This document shows positions 27,758 through 37,908 of a stretch of 64,000 nucleotides of DNA, in pieces. The DNA lies in the NCBI GenBank assembly GCA_002433895.1, contig DJJA01000003.1:9950-73949 (forward strand), read 5' to 3'. Origin of the DNA: Candidatus Gottesmanbacteria bacterium UBA6580. GTDB lineage: Bacteria > Patescibacteriota > Microgenomatia > UBA10105 > UBA927. The translations under genes were made by a program, and so were the position numbers. Within the stretch, counting starts at the first letter, position 1; each line of letters starts with the position of its first letter. The notes beneath the pieces are model-generated. The model searched no databases, was not told the DNA's origin, and saw only the letters and a list, made by a program, of their open reading frames with translations.

Positions 27758-28876
27758 CTATTTTTTCCCTTCCGCTCTCCGTGTGTGCATACGCACGAAG
27801 GCCTGGATCTCTTTACGGAACCGCTCCGCGCTAAACTCGGCTGCCCGATTCCTACTTTCCCTCTGCCAGTCAATATTTTTGCTTTCAAACCGAGATATGG
27901 AATCAAGTAATGATGAAACTTTTGGGGAATCAAAAAAGACTCCTGTCTTCCCTTCAACAACCGTTTCTTTGACGCCGCCTTGGTTGATTGCAATGACCGG
28001 TGTACCGTATGACATGGATTCAATCGGTACCATGCCGAAATCCTCATCCAGGGCACAAAAAATTGTTGCTTTCGCGCCGCCGTACAGCGCAATAAGTTCC
28101 GTGTCAGAAACAGAACCCATGAACTCAACAGTTGGGCCGGCAATAGACCGCAGCAAGGCTTCTTCAGGACCAGTGCCTACGATTTTTAACGGTAACTTCC
28201 GTTCATTGGCAGCTCGTATAATGATGTCCGTTTGCTTCGCCCATACCAAACGGCCGACGCTTAGGTAGTAGGTTCTTTTTTGTTTTTCATCCTGCTTCAC
28301 AAACTTGCTATCCACCGGCGGATAAATAACTGTAGCTTCCCTACGGTAAAATTTCTTTACTCTGCGTGCGGTTTCCTCTGAATTAGCGATAAAGTAGTCT
28401 ACTTTCTGTGCCGTCATGTAATCATATTGCCGCATAAAAAAATTAATAAAGGCGGCATACGCCCGTACGGCTGCATATTTCTGGAAGGTTCTCCCCGTGG
28501 CATACCCGTAAAGATTTCTCGGAGGGTGATGAATATAGCAAAAATGCACTGCCGGTTTTTTCACCGTAACACCCCGGCACATAAACCACCCGCTGCTTGA
28601 AATAACAATATCGTATGCCGAAAGATCAAAGCTACCCCACACGAAGGGCGCTAAAAAGCGTAGGGGTGAATGAAATTTTTTAACAACAGGGTTGTGTTGC
28701 ACCCAACTAGTCCGGATGTCCCACGATGCAAACCGCTTCGCGTGTTCTCTCAGCGCCTGCCAATCAACAAACGACGTATACAATGGAGCCTCCGGCCATA
28801 TGTCATGAAGGACTTCTACCACCCGCTCCGCTCCTCCGTATTCCCTCAAATAATCATGTACTAGTGCGATTTTCAT
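27758..28876 (-). CDS. Glycosyltransferase family 4
   Basis: 372 aa; MKIALVHDYLREYGGAERV N-terminus typical of GT4. Confidence 0.75.
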   Translation of the reverse strand: MKIALVHDYLREYGGAERVVEVLHDIWPEAPLYTSFVDWQALREHAKRFASWDIRTSWVQHNPVVKKFHSPLRFLAPFVWGSFDLSAYDIVISSSGWFMCRGVTVKKPAVHFCYIHHPPRNLYGYATGRTFQKYAAVRAYAAFINFFMRQYDYMTAQKVDYFIANSEETARRVKKFYRREATVIYPPVDSKFVKQDEKQKRTYYLSVGRLVWAKQTDIIIRAANERKLPLKIVGTGPEEALLRSIAGPTVEFMGSVSDTELIALYGGAKATIFCALDEDFGMVPIESMSYGTPVIAINQGGVKETVVEGKTGVFFDSPKVSSLLDSISRFESKNIDWQRESRNRAAEFSAERFRKEIQAFVRMHTRRAEGKK

Positions 28877-28882
28877 ATGATA

Positions 28883-29836
28883 TCAAAACAATGCTTGCTG
28901 CTGATCATGCTCCTTTTTTTCTTTTTTCGCTGTATCTCGCGCGGCTTTTGCCTTGCCTTTCGTCGGCACTTCTCCACTGATGCGACGCAGCAATGAAAAA
29001 AAATGGAACGATTCCAAGGCATTTCTTACCTCGGGCGTATCAAGCGTGGTAATGACCGCGTTTGACGGCACGAAGTCTATAGGAGCATCGGTTCTGATGG
29101 TCGCGAGTGTCACACCCAAAAACGCGCTGTCTTTCCCAGCGTGCAGCTTCATTTTTACTCCTTCGCTTATATTACTTTTTTCAAGCGACGCGTATATATT
29201 TTCCACTGATCCGAATTCGTTGAGTAAACTAATGGCAGTCTTGGGTCCGATGCCCGCAACTCCTGGATAATTATCTGATGCATCCCCCATGAGCGCCTTC
29301 AAATCGATAATGCGCTTTGGCACTACCCCCATTCGCTCAAAAACATCTGCCTCACTGTATAATTTCCCCTCAGATAACCCTTTGGTCGGCATAAATACCA
29401 GCACCTTTTCATCTTCAACAAGCTGCAAAATATCCCTATCGCCGGTTACGATAATTACCTGATCAATCTTTTTGCTTTTTCGCTGTTTGGCAATAGTGCC
29501 TATCATGTCATCTGCTTCAAACCCATCAAGTTCAAAAATGGGAATACCAAACGCCTTGACCACATCGTGTACCAAAGATATCTGACTGATAAAGTCGTCT
29601 TCCATTTTCGGCCGCTGAATTTGATATTCCTTATAAAGCTCGTTACGGAATGTCGGACCTGGCCGATCAAATGCTACGGCAAAATGCGTGGGCTTCAACG
29701 CTTGAAAAATCTTTATAATCATCGAGACAAAACCATACACCACGTGCGCGGGTTTCCCATCGGGAGTGGTCAACGGAGGAAGCGCGTGATACGCCCGATG
29801 CATGATGGCATTTCCATCAATGAGTACTAATCGGTT
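28883..29836 (-). CDS. 5'-3' exonuclease (FEN/PolA N-terminal domain family)
   Basis: ORF 28883..29893; start at MNRLVLIDGNAIMHRAYHAL; helix-hairpin-helix GIGPKTA. Confidence 0.8.
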   Translation of the reverse strand, partial: NRLVLIDGNAIMHRAYHALPPLTTPDGKPAHVVYGFVSMIIKIFQALKPTHFAVAFDRPGPTFRNELYKEYQIQRPKMEDDFISQISLVHDVVKAFGIPIFELDGFEADDMIGTIAKQRKSKKIDQVIIVTGDRDILQLVEDEKVLVFMPTKGLSEGKLYSEADVFERMGVVPKRIIDLKALMGDASDNYPGVAGIGPKTAISLLNEFGSVENIYASLEKSNISEGVKMKLHAGKDSAFLGVTLATIRTDAPIDFVPSNAVITTLDTPEVRNALESFHFFSLLRRISGEVPTKGKAKAARDTAKKEKKEHDQQQALF

Positions 29837-29843
29837 CATGAGG

Positions 29844-31727
29844 TTACTGTGTCCGTTTCTTTTCGCCGCCCAGCAAGACTGCGAAATCATCACCTTCGAG
29901 GGTTTCTTTCTTTATGAGTTCTTCTGCTACTATGTCCAAATCCTTACGGTATTTTTTTACCAACATCACTGCCCGCTCATAAGCGGCATCAAGAAGTTTT
30001 TTCACTTCCCGGTCTATAGCAGATTGCATTTCCTGCGAGACTGATTGCTGCTCATAAAACGTTTTCCCCCACTCCGTTACATCTGTCTGTGGGCCAAAAT
30101 TAACCGGACCCAAATCACTCATACCAAACTCCATTACCATATAGCGAGCAATACGGGTTGCCTGACTAATGTCATTAGCAGCGCCGCTGGTCATTTCCTT
30201 AAATATAAGCTGTTCCGCTGCTCTGCCACCCATGGTCATGGCCATTTCTTCGAGTAACCGGGATTTGGTTTCATGGAGACGGTCTTTTTCCGGAGGAGCC
30301 ATGGTAAATCCAAGCGCCATGCCGCGGGAAACGATACTGATACGGTGTACCGGATCCAGATGAGGACTGTAATAATTTACCACCGCGTGTCCCGCTTCGT
30401 GATACGCGGTCATCTTGCGGTCAAGGTCACTTTGCAACCTCTTTTTCTCAGGTCCCAATTTTACTTTGGTTGCCGCTTCCTCGATATCTTTCATATCGAT
30501 CTCTTTCTTTTCTCCACGTGCCGCGTGGATTGCCGCTTCATTTAACATGTTTTCTATATCAGCTCCTGAAAATCCTACGGTGCGTTTTGCGACTTTGTCC
30601 CAATCGACACTTTTCTCAAAAGGCTTACCTTTCGCGTGAATACCAAGAATGGCTTTACGCCCTTCAAGATCGGGCAAATCCAAAACCACCCGCCGGTCAA
30701 ACCGACCAGGCCTCGTTAATGCGGGATCGAGCAGGTCACCCCTGTTCGTCGCGGCCACGATAAGCACGGCAGTGTTCGGTTCAAACCCGTCCATCTCCAC
30801 AAGTATTTGGTTAAGTGTCTGCTCCCGCTCATCATGCCCGCCCATCACCCCTACGCTCCGCATGCGGCCGATGGCATCTATCTCATCGATAAAAATAATA
30901 GCCGGGGCACTCTTCTTGGCCTGGGCAAATAAATCACGAACCCGTGCAGCCCCCACACCCACCAGCATTTCCATAAACTCGCTGCCTGCAATAGAATAAA
31001 ATGCAGTCTTGGCTTCCCCCGCCATTGCTTTTGCAAGCATGGTCTTACCCGTGCCTGATGGGCCCACAAGAATAACACCCTTTGGCGTACGGGCACCCAG
31101 CAGTTTGTATTTTGCCGGGTTTTTTAAAAAGTCGACTACTTCTTCTAATTCTTTTTTTGCTTCATCAACTCCCGCCACATCCTTAAACGTGACCTTGGGT
31201 AAATCCCTATTCCAAATTCTTGCTTTACTCTGGCCGAACTGGAAAATATTGTCTTGTGCTCCTCTCGCCTGTCTGAACAAAAAGAGGAAAAATACAACCG
31301 TCAATACCAGGGGCAATACGTTTGAAATAATCCCGAGCCATATAGCACCCATCGATAAATCTTTTACGTTAATCGATACGGACTGGGGATCAACCCCTGA
31401 TTTTTCCAATACACTGACAAGTGAATCCTGTGCTTCTTTTGTGGAAATATATTTCGTACCGTCTTTATGGATAACCGTAAGCCTCGTGTCTTCGACATCT
31501 ATGGTTTTTACCTTGCCGTCCCGTACATCTGCAATCACGGTAGAAAGAGGCTTCGTTTCAGATAACGCCGCCTGGCTCCCCAGACTCCCGAACAGGGAAA
31601 AAAGGAAAAATAAAACAAAAAGCCCAACCACCACATTCTTAAGCGTAAAGTTCATGCGGAGCTGGAAGACATTCTTTGGTTTCTTACCATTGGTTTTTTT
31701 AGCTGGGTGGACGTGTTTTTCTGCCAT
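29844..31727 (-). CDS. ftsH: ATP-dependent zinc metalloprotease FtsH
   Basis: ORF 29844..31766; AAA Walker [12 protein letters not shown], zinc-binding HEAGHA. Confidence 0.9.
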   Translation of the reverse strand: MAEKHVHPAKKTNGKKPKNVFQLRMNFTLKNVVVGLFVLFFLFSLFGSLGSQAALSETKPLSTVIADVRDGKVKTIDVEDTRLTVIHKDGTKYISTKEAQDSLVSVLEKSGVDPQSVSINVKDLSMGAIWLGIISNVLPLVLTVVFFLFLFRQARGAQDNIFQFGQSKARIWNRDLPKVTFKDVAGVDEAKKELEEVVDFLKNPAKYKLLGARTPKGVILVGPSGTGKTMLAKAMAGEAKTAFYSIAGSEFMEMLVGVGAARVRDLFAQAKKSAPAIIFIDEIDAIGRMRSVGVMGGHDEREQTLNQILVEMDGFEPNTAVLIVAATNRGDLLDPALTRPGRFDRRVVLDLPDLEGRKAILGIHAKGKPFEKSVDWDKVAKRTVGFSGADIENMLNEAAIHAARGEKKEIDMKDIEEAATKVKLGPEKKRLQSDLDRKMTAYHEAGHAVVNYYSPHLDPVHRISIVSRGMALGFTMAPPEKDRLHETKSRLLEEMAMTMGGRAAEQLIFKEMTSGAANDISQATRIARYMVMEFGMSDLGPVNFGPQTDVTEWGKTFYEQQSVSQEMQSAIDREVKKLLDAAYERAVMLVKKYRKDLDIVAEELIKKETLEGDDFAVLLGGEKKRTQ

Positions 31728-31773
31728 ACGAGCCTCAAGTATAGCATGTTCTGCTGAGATTATCACACCCGGG

Positions 31774-33168
31774 TCAACGGATTTTAGCGCCTACCGGCAT
31801 TCCTTCTGCGGAAACAAATTGAGGCTTTGTATCAGCGCCATCAACTGCCAGTATCATCCCCTGACTTTCTTCATTCATCATTTTGCGCGGCGCAAGATTG
31901 GTAATGAAAAAAAATTGCTTACCGGAAAAATCCTCGGATGTATAACCAAAACCCCGTACCCCGGTAAATATTGTCCGCGGCTTTTCTTCCCCGACATCAA
32001 CGACGAGCCGGATGAGCTTTTCACTCCCCTCTTTATTTGTAGCTTCAAGCACTTTCCCGACACGTAACTCAACACGGGCAAACTCATCAATGGAAATTGT
32101 CTTTCCTGATGCTGGTTTTGGGTAATCAAAAAATGAGTATTGTGTTGTTACTCCGATCGCGTTCCGTACCTGCGTCATCGTCTGTATGGCAATCGAGAGG
32201 GCGCGCTCCTGCCCTCGCGCCAGTATGTCCCTGACTAATTGAGGGTTACTTTTCAGTTCATCGTATGCCTTTCGTGCGGCACCAAAATATGCCATAAGGC
32301 TATCAAACAAATATTCTTTCACCTCAACATCAGACACCTTTCCTTCCTTATATTGTCCCTTAAGTGCTGCGACCTTGACGGGGTCACCAAAAAAATCGAG
32401 ATACGTAAATACCATGTTGCCTTCAATATGCCCTGGGTCTGTCGCGTGCTTCCGGGTGGGATCGGTGAACGTTCCCATAACTTGTTTTCGGATCACATCT
32501 TCTGACTCAAACATAGATATAACGTTACCGAGTGATTTACTCATCTTCCGCTGTCCATCTGTCCCCAACACCACTGCGACTTCTTCCGGGATAAACGCTT
32601 CAGGAAGCTTAAACACATTTTTCTTATAAATCTTATTAAAATGTCCGGCGATATCCCGCGTGATTTCTATATGCTGCTTCTGATCCTTACCCACCGGCAC
32701 CAGGTCCGCCTGATACAAAAGGATGTCGGCTGCCATCAGCATCGGATAACTGAATAACCCTACATTGATGTCATCCTCCTCAACCTCTTTCTGGAGTTTG
32801 TCTTTATAGGCATGCGCTCGTTTCAATAATCCCAAAGGGGTGACGTTATTAATAATCGACTGGCATTCGGTATGCATCAATACGTCCGACTGACGGAAAA
32901 ATATAATGCGGTCAAACTGCTCCACCGTCATAAATCCCTTGAGAAGTGCGAGCTCATTTAACACTAAGGTTTCAATATTATGTTGGAGCTGGCTTTTATC
33001 CTGAATTGTAGTAAGCCCATGCAAATCCGCGACCATAAGATACGTCTCATTTGATTTGGCGAGCTCTATAAACTGGCGTACTGCTCCCAAGTAGTTGCCA
33101 ATATGAAGACTCCCATCTCCGCTGGGCGTGATACCGGACAGCAACCGTTTATTTGTTGGCATATTCAT
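31774..33168 (-). CDS. trpS: Tryptophan--tRNA ligase fused to a C-terminal Myf/Trbp111-type tRNA-binding domain
   Basis: 464 aa; class I HIGN (HIGNYLGA) and KMSKS; LYQADLVPVGKDQKQHIEITRDIA matches TrpRS; C-terminal ~110 aa RVGKVLEA...ESQGMILA matches the OB-fold tRNA-binding domain of MetRS/CsaA. Confidence 0.8.
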   Translation of the reverse strand: MNMPTNKRLLSGITPSGDGSLHIGNYLGAVRQFIELAKSNETYLMVADLHGLTTIQDKSQLQHNIETLVLNELALLKGFMTVEQFDRIIFFRQSDVLMHTECQSIINNVTPLGLLKRAHAYKDKLQKEVEEDDINVGLFSYPMLMAADILLYQADLVPVGKDQKQHIEITRDIAGHFNKIYKKNVFKLPEAFIPEEVAVVLGTDGQRKMSKSLGNVISMFESEDVIRKQVMGTFTDPTRKHATDPGHIEGNMVFTYLDFFGDPVKVAALKGQYKEGKVSDVEVKEYLFDSLMAYFGAARKAYDELKSNPQLVRDILARGQERALSIAIQTMTQVRNAIGVTTQYSFFDYPKPASGKTISIDEFARVELRVGKVLEATNKEGSEKLIRLVVDVGEEKPRTIFTGVRGFGYTSEDFSGKQFFFITNLAPRKMMNEESQGMILAVDGADTKPQFVSAEGMPVGAKIR

Positions 33169-33998
33169 ACATCCTCCTTATTGTAACGAATTCTTCTGAA
33201 ATTGCGTACACGCAATGACTGATACTGCTCCATATACATATGGAGCTTGCTTCTGTCGACGACCCGGTTCGTCATAATGGCTGACCCAACGATAATAGCA
33301 TCAGCGCTTGTAAAAAGCTCACCCATGTTATCGGGCGTTGATCCGCTCCCCACAACAACAGGGAGCCCCCGTCCGAAATGCCGCGCTATATGTAAATCCT
33401 TCATAATCGGCGCGACACCCGTCCACGTACCGGTAATAATAAGGGCATCTGCCCCCTTTTTTACTGCTTCGCCCACTGACTGCCGCAATGGCTTTGTTTT
33501 GTCGAGCATTTCAGAATGTTTCACCTGTACATCAGCAAGCACCGCAACGTGTTGCTCTAAACCCAATTGTTTCCGGTATGTCATCACCTCGTCTGCCCTT
33601 CCCACCATAATCCCGTAGTTTGTCGCCACATCATCAACGTATGAAGCCACACGGACAAACCGGGCACCCGTATCGCGGCAGATGTTAAGCGCTGTTTGAT
33701 AGCCGCTCCATAAGACATCAACGCCCACCGGTATATGGACTGACCGCACGACTGCATCCACGAGCCGTTTCATTTCCAACGCTTCCGCCTTGCGCACAAA
33801 TTCCCGGTGGGGCGTACTATAATTATTTTCTATCATGATGGCATGCACTCCCCCGTCCTCCAGATCTTTTGCCTCCCGGAGAATTCTCCGGCGGGTCACG
33901 CTAATCGGCTGATGTTCAGGATACCCCGCGAGCGGTGGTAAATGGATCATACCGATGATCGGCTTTCTCATTGGCAATACTTCTTTAAATATGTTCAT
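33165..33998 (-). CDS. BtpA/SgcQ-family (TIM-barrel) protein
   Basis: 277 aa; IGMIHLPPLAGYP N-terminal signature of the BtpA family. Confidence 0.6.
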   Translation of the reverse strand: MNIFKEVLPMRKPIIGMIHLPPLAGYPEHQPISVTRRRILREAKDLEDGGVHAIMIENNYSTPHREFVRKAEALEMKRLVDAVVRSVHIPVGVDVLWSGYQTALNICRDTGARFVRVASYVDDVATNYGIMVGRADEVMTYRKQLGLEQHVAVLADVQVKHSEMLDKTKPLRQSVGEAVKKGADALIITGTWTGVAPIMKDLHIARHFGRGLPVVVGSGSTPDNMGELFTSADAIIVGSAIMTNRVVDRSKLHMYMEQYQSLRVRNFRRIRYNKEDV

Positions 33999-35509
33999 AC
34001 TGTCCCTCCTTTTCCTGCAAATTTGTTTGTGATAGCGACATAGCGGTCAAGCTGCTCTTTACCTTTCCCGGACAACAACATGTCTAACCCATATTTGGTA
34101 CATTGCCGAAGCATCTCCCTGTTTACGTGCTTTTTCTTCCTGTCCAATGCGTTGGGATCCATCAGACACCTGCGGACAAAAATCCCCAACCCCACGGTCA
34201 TTGCCAAATACTTCGCCCGTGTTACATCCCGTCCCTCTATCGCAGTAATATTTGCTTCCATGATGGAGTCGTATGTATTGGGTATTGCGAGTGAACCAGG
34301 AAAAAAATCAGCAAGATCCCGCGGATCGTAAAAATCTTCCGGAGACAATATGTAGGTTCCCGCATTCTCCCCGTTCACTAAAAATGATGCGATAGTTTTG
34401 TACGGCGGCGGCGCCACCTCGTCCAGCACCACCACATGCTTCATAAGTATCGGATCCACTATGTTCTCATCATCGCTCGATACGAGTGTCCCGCAATATA
34501 CTGCGCTATTTTCGTATCGTTGAAACCCTTTTTGTGAAAGTATGGATAATGCGTCAACCACCACGGACGGATGCACTTTTTCATTTACTCCGATCATTGC
34601 GTGAACCGGTGTTTCGGAAGACAGGGTAAATGCCAACGGACCGATAACGTGATTTACTGTCTCCCCCTTTAGCTTGTGTGACAACGAATGAAGCGTTCTG
34701 GTATTATGACAACTCGTCATTAATACATTCGACTGGCACAGCACTTCCTCAAATGCCTGCGGCGTATGAAAATCGGACCGCGCACCAAATGCTTCAATCG
34801 CACTCTGTCCGGCAACCTTCGACGTATTTGGATATGAGTGGTGTTTGTGCACTGCTCCATCAACAGAGAGAGCAATTGCCGCCAAAGTAGAAAGGCTAAA
34901 CAGCTTCGTCGTGTGACTATTTAACGGATACCCCTTATCCCCGCCCATACCACCAAACGCCACAATTGGACCGTCATGGGTGGTTCTCACGACTGTATCG
35001 AGGTGAATAGTTGCCGCCACCATGCCGGCAATTTCCTCTGCAGTGAGACCGACATATGCTTCTTTCGTTGACATGGCGGAAAGCAACATCGTTGCCTGCA
35101 GCAAATGCGTATCTAGTGGCATGATATTTTTTAATTTCGCCCCGATAGCATCATGAAGCGGCCGGTTAAGAGCCGCGCAAACAAACACTCCTAGTCCGAA
35201 CGCCTCGTCAAACGTGAGCCGCTTCCCCTGCTCTATTTTTTGCTGAATTGTATAGTACCCTCCCTTTTCAAATAAATCTGACAGCCGTGATTCTACCTCG
35301 GCCACCTTACGCGCCAGGTCGTGTACATAATTCGTGTGCTGCGCCAACGTATTGAGACTTTTATTACTGTCTATCGCAACTGTTACCCCATCCATTTCTA
35401 CATATTTTTGATACGGCTCACCCCGTAACTGGATAAAGGAAACGTCGCCAAAGATACCCCGGGATTTCCTTTTGCACGGAAACCTCCGGGGCAACCTCCT
35501 TATTAACAA
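33995..35509 (-). CDS. Glycosyl transferase family 3 protein (anthranilate phosphoribosyltransferase/TrpD-like) with N-terminal extension
   Basis: 504 aa; GGMGGDKG...NTS region matching the TrpD/thymidine-phosphorylase fold; true start uncertain. Confidence 0.5.
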   Translation of the reverse strand: MLIRRLPRRFPCKRKSRGIFGDVSFIQLRGEPYQKYVEMDGVTVAIDSNKSLNTLAQHTNYVHDLARKVAEVESRLSDLFEKGGYYTIQQKIEQGKRLTFDEAFGLGVFVCAALNRPLHDAIGAKLKNIMPLDTHLLQATMLLSAMSTKEAYVGLTAEEIAGMVAATIHLDTVVRTTHDGPIVAFGGMGGDKGYPLNSHTTKLFSLSTLAAIALSVDGAVHKHHSYPNTSKVAGQSAIEAFGARSDFHTPQAFEEVLCQSNVLMTSCHNTRTLHSLSHKLKGETVNHVIGPLAFTLSSETPVHAMIGVNEKVHPSVVVDALSILSQKGFQRYENSAVYCGTLVSSDDENIVDPILMKHVVVLDEVAPPPYKTIASFLVNGENAGTYILSPEDFYDPRDLADFFPGSLAIPNTYDSIMEANITAIEGRDVTRAKYLAMTVGLGIFVRRCLMDPNALDRKKKHVNREMLRQCTKYGLDMLLSGKGKEQLDRYVAITNKFAGKGGTV

Positions 35510-35559
35510 ACATCCCCAAGCATTCTTTTGACATAGACACTCCTTTCAAAAAAATAACA

Positions 35560-35870
35560 ATAAAAAACCCCTGCAAATCCTTCAGTCCGCCGATTGGCGG
35601 ATGAAAAACTTGCAGGGGCCTATTATGGCGGTGCCACCCTGCTATTTGTTATTCTCATAAAAAATCCCGCCGATGGCGGGACGTCAGGTGAGAATAACCT
35701 CATTCATGACGAGCTCCGTTTCCTACGACACTCGTTCCTGTCTTTTTACGGTTTCGGCTCCGTACTTGATTTAAGAGTCAGCTCGCCCCGATATTATCGG
35801 GGCTGACCCGGTTCCAACCCTCCGGATCGACGCTTTTATTTACCCCGATTCAATCGGGGGTTATTTGGAA
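35560..35870. repeat. Cluster of four GC-rich hairpins with GAT-containing loops in a divergent intergenic region
   Basis: ccgccGATTggcgg nested inside cccctgcaa...ttgcagggg; cccgccGATggcggg; gccccgatATtatcggggc; ccccgattCAAtcggggg. Confidence 0.4.
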
Positions 35871-35922
35871 CTAAGTATAGCACAACCCGTCAATTTCCAA
35901 TATGTTACTGTCCTGATACAAT

Positions 35923-36216
35923 ATGAATATGGATCTGGGAAAGCTTTCCTACTACGCGCGGAAAATCCACCGTTTTCTTTTACTATTCGTCATTATTTTT
36001 GGTCTGATACAGATGGGTACCGGTATTGCTATGAGGTATCCCGCGCAATTTTCCATGGTTGATCAGGGAGCCGCATTGTCGCTCCACTACCAAACAGCAA
36101 CCTACTTTGCGGTAGCCTTTGGTCTCCAGATGTTCACGGGCATTATCATGTACCTTACACCGTGGCTTATCAAAACTTTCCGCCGGCCTCCAAAAACCAC
36201 TAATCTTCCAAACTAA
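35923..36216 (+). CDS. Hypothetical small membrane protein
   Basis: 97 aa ORF with three hydrophobic helices. Confidence 0.35.
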   Translation: MNMDLGKLSYYARKIHRFLLLFVIIFGLIQMGTGIAMRYPAQFSMVDQGAALSLHYQTATYFAVAFGLQMFTGIIMYLTPWLIKTFRRPPKTTNLPN

Positions 36217-36218
36217 CT

Positions 36219-36247
36219 TTGCGGGCACCGTCTGAAGCTGGTATAAT
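36219..36247 (+). promoter_or_regulatory. Sigma70-like promoter upstream of the tRNA (-35 TTGCGG, 17-nt spacer, -10 TATAAT)
   Basis: TTGCGGgcaccgtctgaagctggTATAAT, 24 nt before the tRNA 5' end. Confidence 0.45.
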
Positions 36248-36271
36248 CCCAGTTGTACTCATCTTTCGTAC

Positions 36272-36344
36272 CGCGGGGTAGTGTAAAGTTGCACAGGAGG
36301 CTCATAATCTCCTAGGCTGGGTGCGATTCCCAGCCCCGCAACCA
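36272..36344 (+). tRNA. tRNA-Met (anticodon CAU) with initiator-like acceptor stem (C1.A72 mismatch) and 3' CCA
   Basis: Cloverleaf: acceptor CGCGGGG/CCCCGCA, U8, D-stem GUGU/GCAC with short 6-nt D-loop, anticodon loop CUCAUAA, T-stem CUGGG/CCCAG, discriminator A, encoded CCA. The acceptor is identical to E. coli tRNA-fMet. Confidence 0.75.
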
Positions 36345-36351
36345 AATAAAT

Positions 36352-36380
36352 AAGCGGCCATTGTGGCCGCTTTATTTTTT
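36352..36380 (+). terminator. Rho-independent terminator after the tRNA
   Basis: aagcggccattgtggccgctt hairpin followed by a T-run. Confidence 0.6.
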
Positions 36381-36404
36381 CTCGTGCTACACTAGGATCT
36401 ACCC

Positions 36405-36650
36405 ATGTGGCATACCTATATACTCCTCTGTCGTGATAATACCCTCTACACCGGGATCACAAACAATCTCAAAAAACGGTTTCATATGCATACGCATGGA
36501 AAAGGAGGCGCGTATACACGCTCCCATAAACCACAAAAAATTCTATATAAAAAACGTGCTGCGACAAAATCCGAGGCACTGAAACATGAAGCAGAAATTA
36601 AAAAGTGGTCGAGAACCAAAAAAATAACCACGCTGAAACTCAAATTATAG
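36405..36650 (+). CDS. GIY-YIG nuclease-family protein (UPF0213/YhbQ-like)
   Basis: 81 aa; WHTYILLCRDNTLYTGITNNLKKR GIY-YIG core. Confidence 0.65.
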   Translation: MWHTYILLCRDNTLYTGITNNLKKRFHMHTHGKGGAYTRSHKPQKILYKKRAATKSEALKHEAEIKKWSRTKKITTLKLKL

Positions 36651-36713
36651 CCATCAAAAAACCACCCAAGGTTTCCCCGGGGTGGTTTTTCTTTTTGAAT
36701 TCAAAAAGCGCTC

Positions 36714-37154
36714 TTACCAATCGCGTCCTCCACGATCGTCTCCGCGGTTATCACGTCGGTCAAATCCGCCGCGACCACCTCGGTCATCACGTCGTCCACC
36801 ACCTCCGCCACCGTATCCACCTCTTGAACCACCGCCACGATTGCCTCCACCAAATCCGCCGCCACCACCTCGGTAGCCACCTCCACCGCCTCGGTTTTCA
36901 CGGGGAGCCATCGGCTTGGCTTCATTGACCACAATGGATCGTCCATCCAATTGTGAACCATTCAAATCAGCAATCGCTTTTTGCGCGTCATCTGGGTTTG
37001 TCATTTCGACAAAACCGAAACCTCGGGATTTCCCGGTAAACTTATCGGTGATGACCTGTGCACTTGCCACCGGTCCCACTTGCGCAAAATGATTGCGAAG
37101 CGTGTCTTCTGTCGTATCCCAAGATAGTCCTCCAACAAATAATTTAGCTGCCAT
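36714..37154 (-). CDS. RNA-binding protein (RRM domain) with long RGG/Gly-rich C-terminal tail
   Basis: ORF 36714..37166, with a start at MAAKLFVGGLS. RNP2 LFVGGL and RNP1 RGFGFVEM; the C-terminal 60 aa are RGG/GGY repeats (tandem DNA repeats at 36720..36900). Confidence 0.8.
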   Translation of the reverse strand: MAAKLFVGGLSWDTTEDTLRNHFAQVGPVASAQVITDKFTGKSRGFGFVEMTNPDDAQKAIADLNGSQLDGRSIVVNEAKPMAPRENRGGGGGYRGGGGGFGGGNRGGGSRGGYGGGGGGRRDDRGGRGGFDRRDNRGDDRGGRDW

Positions 37155-37293
37155 AAAAAAATTCACCTCCTCAGGTATCCCAATCTATCACGTACCTATT
37201 AAACAAATGGCAACAGTATACGAACAGAAAGGTTAGATAGAGTTATTATACCATTTGACCCGCCGGAATGGTTCTTTTACACTAACATCACCT

Positions 37294-37866
37294 ATGACCT
37301 CGCGCGTTAACCGACCGGCATTTGCGATAGAACGGGTCATTATTTTTTTTCTTTTTGCGAACATTCTGATCCTCGATATCATCGTCATTGCAAAAATACG
37401 TAATACAGAGACTGTGCTTGGTACGACATCCAACGACACTTGCCCATCGTCATGCATCGCCCGTATAAACCAAGTGGCAGGAAAAACGTCAACCACAAAC
37501 GGCGTCAAAGAATACTTCGTACCGTTGGGATCCGGCACGAATGCAACCAGCGACTGGTCGGATGTTACTGGTGCAAGCGCCTACATTGATACATCCTCTT
37601 ATGGGAGGCTTAAAAAAGTAACATTCGAAGCAACCATTTCTCAACCGGTAAGCAGCCAAAAAATCTGGATTAGATTATTTAATGCGACAGACAAACATCC
37701 TGTTTGGAATTCAGAAATAAGCACCGATAACGCAGGTCCAATTTTGCTTATTTCCCCCACAATCACTCTGGATTCCGGCAATAAGCAGTACCAGGTGCAA
37801 ATGAAAACGCAGCTTAACGGAGTCACCAACCTTACCCAGTCACGCATCCATATCACCACCTACTAG
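37294..37866 (+). CDS. Hypothetical membrane-anchored/secreted protein
   Basis: ORF 37255..37866; N-terminal hydrophobic anchor then Ser/Thr-rich extracellular region. Confidence 0.35.
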   Translation: MTSRVNRPAFAIERVIIFFLFANILILDIIVIAKIRNTETVLGTTSNDTCPSSCIARINQVAGKTSTTNGVKEYFVPLGSGTNATSDWSDVTGASAYIDTSSYGRLKKVTFEATISQPVSSQKIWIRLFNATDKHPVWNSEISTDNAGPILLISPTITLDSGNKQYQVQMKTQLNGVTNLTQSRIHITTY

Positions 37867-37908
37867 CCTCATTGTTTTCCAGCCTCAATCTGATAAAATA
37901 CGGAAACC

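Noticed and set aside
31009-32067. 352 aa ORF on the plus strand
   Set aside because: It lies entirely antisense to ftsH and trpS, which have strong motif support. It has low-complexity Ser/Thr/Phe-rich composition and is a frame artefact.
35780-36216. Possible tmRNA (ssrA) suggested by GGGGCUGA...GGAUCGACG resembling a tmRNA 5' end
   Set aside because: No tag-peptide reading frame ending in an ALAA-like stop, no T-arm/GGUUCGAUUCC-like 3' end or CCA, and the region overlaps a plausible membrane-protein ORF. The GGGGCUGA is the 3' arm of a simple palindromic hairpin.
36682-36928. Pro/Arg-rich plus-strand ORFs (PPRSSPRLSRRSNPPRPPR...) and repeats
   Set aside because: This is the antisense reading of the RGG/Gly-rich tail of the RRM protein gene. 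The tandem DNA repeat is real but coding for the RGG tail on the minus strand.
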